From the IMG/VR virus record IMGVR_UViG_3300009180_000052, positions 1-53,675 of that record: 53,675 bases of DNA, one strand, 5' to 3'. The notes below the pieces were generated by a model that searched no databases, had not been told where the DNA came from, and saw only the letters and a program-made list of their open reading frames with translations. This DNA comes from a virus. Lineage: Duplodnaviria > Caudoviricetes. Shown piece after piece: positions 25,930 to 35,500 of this stretch (positions are counted from its first letter, which is position 1; the number at the start of each line of letters is the position of its first letter). The position numbers and the translations under genes are program-made.

Positions 25930-26163
25930 ATGAGAACAGCAATGCAAGAAGTCTTGTTATTGGTAGAACAAATGTACAAAGACGCCAAATCAATAATGGT
26001 TGAATCTGCAATGAATGATGTAATAAACATAATAACGCAGGAAGGATTGCCAAAAGAAAAAGAGCAGATAATGAATGCTTTTAGTAGAGGCTTAGGTACA
26101 GAATTAAGTGATTGGGAAAATTCACAACAATATTATGATAGAACCTATAACCAAAACAAATAA
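25930..26163 (+). CDS. Hypothetical cassette gene 1 (M.TAMQ...KEKEQI...NQNK)
   Basis: ORF track; paralogous to the next gene. Confidence 0.7.
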   Translation: MRTAMQEVLLLVEQMYKDAKSIMVESAMNDVINIITQEGLPKEKEQIMNAFSRGLGTELSDWENSQQYYDRTYNQNK

Positions 26164-26166
26164 CTT

Positions 26167-26532
26167 ATGAAAACAGCAATGCAACTAATGTTAGAAGATT
26201 TAGAATTAAGATATAAAGTACTATCTAATGCAGAAATGCTACAAGCGTGTGGTGCAATAGAAGGAACTATTGACTATGCTAAATCTTTAATTATAAAAGA
26301 AAAAGAGCAGATAATAGATGCTATGGAAAAAACTGCAATGTATGTATCAGCGGCTTCATTAGATAAAGAAATAGGTAAAATGAATTTTGAAGATTTTTAC
26401 AACCAAACCTATAACCAAAAAATACCTGAACTTTTATATAAAGATGGTACTCCAATGAGAAAGGTTAAGCTAGGTAAAGAAGCTGAAGAATTACTAGATG
26501 AAGCAACTAAAAGATTTAACCAAAACAAATAA
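26167..26532 (+). CDS. Hypothetical cassette gene 2
   Basis: MKTAMQ...KEKEQII...NQNK. Confidence 0.7.
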   Translation: MKTAMQLMLEDLELRYKVLSNAEMLQACGAIEGTIDYAKSLIIKEKEQIIDAMEKTAMYVSAASLDKEIGKMNFEDFYNQTYNQKIPELLYKDGTPMRKVKLGKEAEELLDEATKRFNQNK

Positions 26533-26535
26533 CCT

Positions 26536-26772
26536 ATGAAACAATGTACAGAAGAACAAGTAAATCGCTTAAAATATTGGAAGAACAATGCTGAAGAGGA
26601 TTATCTAACAACACCAATTAGTGTGTTAAAATATATTTCTGAACTTGAAAAATTAACACCAATAGAACTACCAAGTGATGAGGAGATAAGAATACAATTA
26701 CAATTCGCAACTAATGATTTTTATTGGGGTGCTAAATGGATGAAACAACATATACTTAACCAAAACAAATAA
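26536..26772 (+). CDS. Hypothetical cassette gene 3
   Basis: Ends NQNK; LPSDEEI...GAKWM motif. Confidence 0.65.
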   Translation: MKQCTEEQVNRLKYWKNNAEEDYLTTPISVLKYISELEKLTPIELPSDEEIRIQLQFATNDFYWGAKWMKQHILNQNK

Positions 26773-26775
26773 CCT

Positions 26776-28227
26776 ATGATACAACGTACTTCAGGATATG
26801 ACAACAAAGCAATGTGGGAATACTGCGAGACGCTTAAGAATGTTGTGACCCAAACCAAAGAGGTAAAGTCAGGCAGAGGTAAAGCTGTAGAGATTAGAAA
26901 AGTTTTAAAGTATAATACTGATATGCAAACAATAGCAAACATCATTGATAGTGCAAAGCATTATAGAGAGTCGTATGAGGCAGAGGAGAAGGGTAAGGTA
27001 ATACTTAGGGACTATCAGGTTGATATTGTCAACAAGGGGTATAAGATAATCAGCCAATATAGATTCTTATACCTTGCTATGGAGGTGCGTACCGGTAAGA
27101 CGCTAACAAGTCTTGCTATAGCAAAGCTATGCGGAGTAAAGAATGTTTTGTTTATAACAAAAAAGAAAGCAATTAGTTCAATTGAAGCCGACTACACTGC
27201 GTTAGACACTAACTACTCCCTATGTGTTATCAACTATGAAAGCCTACACCTCGTTATGAGCGACAAAAAGTGGGATATGGTTATCTGCGATGAGGCTCAT
27301 AGTATGGGAGCATTTCCTAAACCAAGTCAAAGAAGTATATTGGTAAGAGAAGTTTTAAGAAGATGTCAGCCATTGGTGATTTTATTATCAGGGACACCAA
27401 CACCCGAGTCGTACTCACAGATGTACCATCAAGTGTATGGTATTTACTCAAATCCGTTTAGGGAGTTCCAAAACTTTTATAGCTTTTGTAAAATGTATGT
27501 CAATGTAAAGCAACGAAAGATTAATGGGTTATTTATAAATGATTATGGTGGTGGATTGGATACCATACTTAAAGCGATGGAGCCATACACGATTAACTAC
27601 ACGCAGGCAGAGGCAGGGTTTAAGGCAGAGACCAACGAAGACATACTCGAGGTTGAGATGAGTGAGTTGACTTATAAGATTATAAAAAAATTAAAGAAAG
27701 ATTTAGTTGTAGAAGGAAAAGAAAATATAATTTTAGCAGACACTCCTGTTAAGTTGATGATGAAAGTGCATCAGTTGTGCTCAGGAACAATTAAATTTGA
27801 GAATGGAGAGTCGATGATACTCGACTTGACTAAGGCTGAATTTATAAAGAAAAGGTTTAAAGGGTGCAAGATTGGAATCTTTTATAAGTTTAAGGAAGAG
27901 TATAACGCACTTAAAAAAGTATTCGGTGACGACTTAACTTCTGAGTTAAGTGTCTTCGAAGACACTGACAAGAGCATAGCATTGCAGATTGTAAGTGGAC
28001 GTGAGGGGATTAGTTTGAGGCAAGCTAAGTACTTGGTTTACTACAACATTGACTTTAGTGCTACGAGTTATTGGCAGAGCAAAGACCGGATGACTACAAA
28101 GGAGAGGCTTGAGAATCAAGTGTATTGGATTTTCTCGAAGGGTGGCATTGAACACGACATCTACAAGGCTGTCACAAAGAAGAAAGACTATACAATTAAC
28201 CACTTTAAGCAAGATTTTTATCTATGA
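26776..28227 (+). CDS. SF2 (SNF2-like) helicase
   Basis: LRDYQ, MEVRTGKT, INYE, DEAH, LSGTP, GREGISL, QSKDR. Confidence 0.88.
   Translation: MIQRTSGYDNKAMWEYCETLKNVVTQTKEVKSGRGKAVEIRKVLKYNTDMQTIANIIDSAKHYRESYEAEEKGKVILRDYQVDIVNKGYKIISQYRFLYLAMEVRTGKTLTSLAIAKLCGVKNVLFITKKKAISSIEADYTALDTNYSLCVINYESLHLVMSDKKWDMVICDEAHSMGAFPKPSQRSILVREVLRRCQPLVILLSGTPTPESYSQMYHQVYGIYSNPFREFQNFYSFCKMYVNVKQRKINGLFINDYGGGLDTILKAMEPYTINYTQAEAGFKAETNEDILEVEMSELTYKIIKKLKKDLVVEGKENIILADTPVKLMMKVHQLCSGTIKFENGESMILDLTKAEFIKKRFKGCKIGIFYKFKEEYNALKKVFGDDLTSELSVFEDTDKSIALQIVSGREGISLRQAKYLVYYNIDFSATSYWQSKDRMTTKERLENQVYWIFSKGGIEHDIYKAVTKKKDYTINHFKQDFYL
27950..27965. repeat. Palindrome copy 7, GTGTCTTCGAAGACAC (inside the helicase CDS)
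   Basis: Direct read. Confidence 0.9.
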
Positions 28228-28314
28228 CACCAATAGAGGAAATATTTAAAGCATTAGAAACACTCAATCAAAATGACTTTATTGATTGGTTATTAATAAA
28301 CAAACAAGCACTAA

Positions 28315-28629
28315 TTGAAAGAGCAACAAATACAATCAAAGAAGATTAAAGAGTTAGAGGCTCAGGGCTATTACGTCATCAAACTTACAATGACAAACAA
28401 GAATGGAATACCGGACTTGCTTGCCATACCAAGGAATAGTGACGTGATATTTATTGAGGTCAAGGCAACGAATGGTAAGCTATCTAAGTTGCAAGAGTAC
28501 CGGTTAAAAGAACTACAAAACCACGGAGTAAAAGTGGAAGTATTTAAAGGAGAAGAAATCAAATCAAATGACAAAGAAAAAAGAAAAGTGGTACAAAGGA
28601 AAAGGGGCGATGCAGTTATTCAAAAATGA
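28315..28629 (+). CDS. VRR-NUC nuclease
   Basis: E..IQ, GIPDLL, FIEVK...GKLS.LQ; TTG start. Confidence 0.82.
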   Translation: MKEQQIQSKKIKELEAQGYYVIKLTMTNKNGIPDLLAIPRNSDVIFIEVKATNGKLSKLQEYRLKELQNHGVKVEVFKGEEIKSNDKEKRKVVQRKRGDAVIQK

Positions 28630-28771
28630 GAACTTAATTAGAGAATATCGTTACACTGATACATATGACAGGAAAAGGATGTATAAAATATGGATGTCTG
28701 AAATTAAACCAAATGGGATAGACTGCTATGAATTAATCATCAAACCTAATATAGATGTAGATATTGACTAA
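28568..28771 (+). CDS. Hypothetical protein
   Basis: ORF track; (AAATC)2 leader embedded in the previous gene. Confidence 0.55.
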   Translation: MTKKKEKWYKGKGAMQLFKNENLIREYRYTDTYDRKRMYKIWMSEIKPNGIDCYELIIKPNIDVDID

Positions 28772-28789
28772 AAATACTAATTTTGGAAT

Positions 28790-28984
28790 ATGGAAGACAA
28801 TGTTAATAGCGAAAATTCACGGGCACAACGTATCTGCTTTAGGGTACTTGAGCAACATTCGCTGTTGAATAACATATACGAAAATTTAGTAGATAGAGAG
28901 TTTTTATCTGCGGATAAAGATATTAGAAAATTAATCATAGACCTTAGACTAATATTAAAATCAATGGAAGATGATGACTTTTGA
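28790..28984 (+). CDS. Hypothetical protein
   Basis: ORF track. Confidence 0.6.
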   Translation: MEDNVNSENSRAQRICFRVLEQHSLLNNIYENLVDREFLSADKDIRKLIIDLRLILKSMEDDDF

Positions 28985-29387
28985 AACGGAGACAGACTTA
29001 ATCAGGGAGAAAAAAGCAATTGAACTATTCGTCAGCATCTTTGGAGGTTCATTTAAAAAACTAGACCCACAGGACATAGACTACAAGGTCTTTGATAAAG
29101 AGAAGAATCTAATAGCCTACGCAGAGGTTAAGGGTCGTATCCGTACAATGCACAACGCATACCCGCTTCCACTATCAGCAAGAAAGTTAGTTAAACTTAT
29201 AGACAAAAGAATTATGCCCGTACTTATATGGGCGTGTGAAGATGGTATCATCTACGGTAAAGCCAATAAATTACAAGGAGAGATTAAGTGGGGAGGGAGA
29301 CCTCCCCGTGAAAACTCATTCTCGGACTTAGAGATGATGGTGTACTATGATAAGCAAAAAGAACTTAAGTATGTTAGGTTCGTTTAG
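28971..29387 (+). CDS. PD-(D/E)XK nuclease-like protein
   Basis: IDY......YAEVKGR pattern. Confidence 0.6.
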   Translation: MMTFETETDLIREKKAIELFVSIFGGSFKKLDPQDIDYKVFDKEKNLIAYAEVKGRIRTMHNAYPLPLSARKLVKLIDKRIMPVLIWACEDGIIYGKANKLQGEIKWGGRPPRENSFSDLEMMVYYDKQKELKYVRFV

Positions 29388-29535
29388 CTTCTTTTTTCTT
29401 TATAATCTTTTCTTGCTTTAGCATTGCAGCAGTTGGCTTCTTTCCACTACCTGCATTAGCACGGATGTTATCCCACAAACCACGCTTTGATGTAGAGCCA
29501 TCGGCTCTCTTAATCATTTTTAAACCTTCTTTCAT
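29374..29535 (-). CDS. Small basic protein (53 aa)
   Basis: Read manually: MKEGLKMIKRADGSTSKRGLWDNIRANAGSGKKPTAAMLKQEKII... Confidence 0.65.
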   Translation of the reverse strand: MKEGLKMIKRADGSTSKRGLWDNIRANAGSGKKPTAAMLKQEKIIKKKEAKRT

Positions 29536-29546
29536 ACAATTTATAT

Positions 29547-32500
29547 TTAATTTTTACCAAATTTACTTGTTCCAAATCCACCTTTACTTTTACTTTGCGT
29601 TCCACCAAATCCTGAAGAGCCAAATCCTTTTTTAGATTTAGGAGTATAGTCATACATCTCATCTTTCATTGCTCTCTCCAAGCTATCTTTTGTTTTCTTA
29701 ATAGCTTTTTCTGCTTGCTTTGCATCAAAGTCAACAGCGTCAGGTCCGAATGTTCTATACCAAAGGTCGTAATCATAACGTTTCATATCCTCTTGGTTTT
29801 TAAATCCTTGAAGTTTTTCAGATTCAACTTTCTTTTTATCTCCTTTAGTCTTCTCAGCTTTCTCAAGGTCTTTATACATATCTTTCATTACAGCCTTACG
29901 AATATCTTTATACAAAGGAATAAGACCTGCATTACCTAATACCTCAAGAGGAACCCTTACCTTAAGTTCTCTTTCACTCCTCGCAATAGCTTCTTCTTGT
30001 ACTTTTTCTTTCTCTGTTGCTTTTTTAAAGATAAGAGCAGCAGTATTTAATGCAGGTGTATAAGAACCTCCCATATTCATAAGCAGTTTACCTAAATCTG
30101 TTTGTCTGCTATCGTCTCTTGGTATTAATGTATAAGCAATACCGTCTTTATACGGGTCATATTCTCCCTCTCTTAAAAAATCAAGGTATTTTTCATTTGC
30201 TTCTTCTATTCCATAGTTTAATACATTTTTAATAGCATTACCAAAGTCTCTTCCAATCAACAATGAACTAAATGCAGAAGCGAATGCTTGACCAAGTTTC
30301 TGCATAAATGACTTTTCTGTTTCAGGCTCATCATCATCAAAGAATAATCCCATAAGACCTGTGCCCATCATTTGAAGAACTAATCCATACAAAACCATAC
30401 GTGTTGCAACCGCTCCAAGAACAGCACCACCTTGTTCCTTAGTCAGTGAACCGTTACCAACCGCTGCATTAATAGCTGTACGTGCTGTAACGTATTCAAA
30501 TATCAAGAACTTTGTCATAAAGTTATTGAAGTTATTAAATGCTTTTAATGAAGAACTTTGGTCAGGCTTTACAGTTCCCTTTAAGATTCCCATAAATGGA
30601 TTGTCTGTAGCTCCAACCATTACAGACCTTTCATCTGCAAGCTCGGTAGCTTTATCAAGAGCCTCTTTATTTTCTTCCATATATGCCTCATCATTTGCTG
30701 CAATCTTATCAAAGTCAACTTCTTTGCCTGTTATATTTAAAAATTGATTAGCAAATGCTCCAAACCACATAGGTCTCATAGTAACCTTATCCGGTGTAGA
30801 TATTAAAGCATCAGCCTGAAGCTCAACTGCATTAACATATTTCTTACCGGATAAGTTATAAATCTGCTGAATTTTATTTTTTACAGGATTTTTTGATACA
30901 GCACCTCTAATACCGCTTGCTTGACCTAATATTGATGTATCGACTAATCTTCCTGATAATGTATCTGTAGGGAATATTCTATTAGTTTGTTTACTTTTTA
31001 AGTTCTCCATTATCATAGGAGCATCAGAAGACATAATAACACCTCTGTATTTTACACCTGTAGCAAGTGCTTTAGGGTCACTAATTACTGCAAAGCCAAT
31101 GTTTGAACTTAACTCAGATATAAACCTACTTGTTCCTGCAAGTACTGCACGGTATCCTTGTCTGCTTATATAATCAGAAGCTATATCAAAAAATGAATCT
31201 TGAGTAAATGTATTTGTCAATAATCCTTCAATAGTTTCTTCAAATGCAGCATTGATAGCATTTATTATTTGTCTTTTTTCTTTAGGCACTCTTCCTTTGC
31301 TTTCTAAATTAGCAATGGTGCCATTGATTGTCTTACGAGCTGTACGTATTGGTCTTGTTAAATTGTAATCCATCAATACAAACTTAGCACCACGCTGAGC
31401 ACTTGCAAATACGTCAAAGTTCAATGGAGATACTTTACCTGTTCTCGCTATCAAAGACTTTGCTTTAGTAGATGGTCTCATCGCATTGTTATACTCAGTT
31501 ACAAACGCACTGCCTGATGTTAAATCATTTGGCTGATACTCGTGTAATACATTCAAGTGCACATAGTTATTCAATGGGTCAATCCTATCACCACGAATAA
31601 TAGCTGCAGTAAATTCAGCCTTCTCTCTTAGTGATTCGTTTATACCACGAATATCTTTAATGGCATCTTTCTCAGCTTGATTAAATGAATTATACAATTT
31701 TTCGTTGTCAATGTTGCCATCAGGAGCAAATTCATTAAGTATTTTTTGCAGCATTTCTGCGTCACGTTCTCCAAATCGAGACTTGCCTGCGTCAATATGC
31801 TTGATGGTAGCTTTTAAATACTCAGATGCAGGATTTACTTCTTTATTCCCTTTGTTAGATTCAAATTCAAGCTGAACCATATAGGTCATCATCTTAAACT
31901 TAGACATTGTTGTCTTATTTGGGTCAAGTTTAAATGACTTTGAAACTTTTTGCTCTGCTTTCTCTAATATGTTTTGAACTCTATTTAATTGATTTTTAAA
32001 TATAGCAACAGCTTTTGCAGGCTCATTGAATAATGAATTAAATATTTCTTTCGTTTTAAAGTTTCCAAATAATTGGTCAATATAAAATAAAGGGTTTCTT
32101 CTAATCATTTCTAACACACCTGTTCTTCCTTGCATTGCAACTGCAGCTTTTACTTTTGAATACAACTGAGAAAACTTATACATCTTGCCTTTCTCAACAG
32201 CGTTAGTTAAAACCTTATCATTATTAATTCCATCTAACTTCTCTAACATTATTTCTCCGTAGTGAGGTAAGTAGTTATTGTTAATGTTATCAATAACTTT
32301 AAGCAGGTTTTTTAATTCAGTATTGGTTAAGCCATCTACTGCGTCAGTACCAATAAGTCTGCTTAATTCTTTTACTGTATCTCTTTCATCTTTAGTAGAA
32401 AGACCGGAGCCATCAATAGTAGATTTTTTTACTGCATCAGTTAGTTCTTTTCTTTCTGTCGCTAATTCATCTTCAGTAAGTTCAGTCTCTTCAACCTGAG

Positions 32501-35500
32501 GAGCAATGTCCTCTTTATATTTACGCATAGTCTCTGCTTCCTTCTCGTCAATCTCTTTACCGTCAAGCATTTTTTTAATTGATGCTGCGTAGTCTAACTC
32601 GTCATCTTTAAATACTTTATTCTCAGAAGCATTGAATCTATCAGCTAACTCATCAGCTTTTGACTGCTCGTTGTCAATCTCATCAAGAATTGCTTGAACA
32701 TCTTTAGTCACTGCAGACTTCTCGTCAAGCGTAAGCACTGCTTGTCTTGCACCAAACATATCAACTAATTCTAAGTAACGACCAAGATATTCATTAGGTA
32801 TAAGTGTTGGGTTCATCGAAAATAATTGATTTAATTTTCCAACTAAACCATCAGCAATACCAATCTTTGTAACAATATTTTTCTTAGCCATCTTTAATTT
32901 ACTCTTAGCTACGTCAATCTTATCAGCATACTCTGCGTTTGCAAATACTTTAGCCATATAGTCAACAAAGTTTGACACTGAAATCTCATTAAGCATATTT
33001 ACTTTGCCAAATCTTGATACAATATTAGCGGCTTGGATTGATGTAATCTTTCCTTTTGATGCCATTTCTCTAATATCCTTAGCTAATTCCTTAGCTGCAT
33101 CTCTTGATAAGTCTCTAATTTGCTTGATGACAAGCATCTTTTCTTCTCTTGATATATTGGTAATATCTTTTAATGCACCAAGTACACGCCCAATTGACAC
33201 GGCACGCTTGGCACTAACTCCCATTTTAAGCCTACTCTCACGCTCCATTATCTTTTTCTGTGCATCATTACTCTCTTTATAAATATCTGAGTTTCTAATA
33301 AACGTATCTAAGTTAGATACTATCTTAGCGTCAGCTATATTTCTTGATTTTTGACGTGCAATTAACTCATCAGCCTTTACCATTAATGCATCATACTGAG
33401 ATTGAATAGGAGAAATTTGACTAATGGCATTGATACCATCAATTACATCACGACTATTTACATTATTATCTTTGGCGACTCTTTTAATTGCATCTTGCAA
33501 TACAACACCTGCATCAACCAATACCTTAATTGCCTTAATGATGGTCTTCATTATGGGCAATGCTATATTTACACCAAGATTTTCTTTTTCAAACTTGTCA
33601 ATATCCTTAATTACTTGGTCAAGGCTGTTTGAGATTTTCTTTAATGTAGTTTTATCGTTAGGGTCTAATGCAAGTAAATCATCTAATGCACCTGTTACTT
33701 GTTCTTCCACTGTAGGCTGAGCCTTTGCTTTAGCTTTAGCTTTTTTAGCTTCAACTTTAGCTTTTTCTTTAGCTTGCTTCTTTTGCTCTTTATCAAATTC
33801 TTTCTTCTGAATTTTATTATTCTTGTCAGCAAGTGCTTGCTTGGCTTCTCCTAATGTCTCAAATCCATCAAAATTAATCTCATTACCATCAATATCTGTT
33901 GCAGTAAATGAGAATATTTTATCTTCATCAGTAAGTTTCGTTATTGTTCCAATAGGTTCACCATCTATATTACGTGCTTCAACGGTAAGTGATGAGATAT
34001 ATGTTACAGTTCTTCCGCTATCAGTGTCTTTTTCATCTTCAATATAGTCTATTGCGTTGTCTTTTGTAAACGCATCATTCTTAACATCAGACACTTTCAT
34101 AGGAACAAACTGCTCTTCTTCTATCATAAGTACAGCTTCAGCTTGAACAGGTTTATAATCTATTAAAGATTGTGGAGCCTTACCATTATTGCCTACGTCC
34201 CATTGTGATTTATCAGCAGCATCTACATTATTTTTAAATGCTTCTACATCATTCATAAATGATTCAGCAAGTGTAGACTTTGGATTGGTAAATCCATCGT
34301 AGTATAAGTCGCTTAATCTTGCAGCCTCATCTCTTAAAGTATCATCTACATTGGTATCTCTTTGAATCTCGTAAAAATAATGACCAAGCCCATCAGGGAT
34401 ATTCCATCCAAGACGAGCACGTACTGCATCTAATTTTTGTTTGGCTGTAGCTTTTTGTTTTTCATTTCCGGTAAATCCTTTGATACCATCCTTAGCCAAG
34501 TAGGCTTCATTGGTAATCACTTGAATTTCTGCAATCGTACCATTAGATGTACGAATCTCAATAAGTCTTTTTGGATAACCTAAGTCTGTAGTCTCGGTAA
34601 TTCTTCTTACTCCTGTATCACCCGGATACTTCTTGTCAATAATTTTAAATACTTTGTCAGCATTAGCGTCAGTATCTACTACTATATTTACACGTGAGCC
34701 ATCACCAAGTTTTTCGGTAAATGCATTATACCACCTGATAGCTTTAACAGATGCACGCTCGGCACGTTTGATTGGGAATGGAGATATGGATGCATCAACT
34801 TTAGAGATAGCATCTTGAGCGATACCCTCTACCTCAGCCTTAGCGTCTTCGTAAAGTTTTTTATTTGCCTCAAATGTACGTTGTACAACGGGCTGTACCT
34901 TTTTAATTAAATCGTTAAATCTAGTTTGGTCTTCAGGAGATAATTTTTTGCCTTCTTTTTGTAAGTCTATTTCTTTTTGACGTAAGTCAGCAAGTTCAAC
35001 TGCAAGTGTTTCTACTTTTGTGGTTGATTCTTGGAACGCTTTAAGAACGTCACTCCTATCGTATTGTCTTGTTTGGTCATCGGTGCCTTCATTGGTTGCT
35101 CCTTGGTAAGAAGATTTCTTGATGCGAATGTCGAGCGAGCCATTTCCATTGCTTCCGAATACGGAAAAGACAGCGTTTTCTGTTGATTCAAGTCTTGATT
35201 TGTAATCTCTTTTTCGTTCTTCATATTGTTCATCTTTAGTTAAATTAATATCTTGGTCTTGCGTAAAAATTACTGATACCTGAAGTTCATTATTATTTAT
35301 ATTAAATGCACTAATACCATTGTTTTCTAACTCTACAGACAGGTCTGACAATTGTTCGTCAGTTATTGGTTCAGCAAATGTATAAATAATTTGTGGATAA
35401 TTAGTTAATCCATTACTATCTTTTTCAGAAAGAGGTGTATTTATTTTGCCATCAACCCATTCATCGTGCAACTCTGATTCAGTTTCTAATATAAATGCAT

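Larger units (their letters stand above)
26149..26779 (+). repeat. Three 22-bp direct repeats AACCAAAACAAATAACYTATGA at gene junctions
   Basis: At 26149-26170, 26518-26539 and 26758-26779; each spans the NQNK-stop and the next ATG. Confidence 0.85.

Noticed and set aside
29290-29307. GGGGAGG-GAGA-CCTCCCC hairpin near the convergence of early and late transcription
   Set aside because: Inside a CDS and has no U-tract on either strand; not enough to call a terminator.
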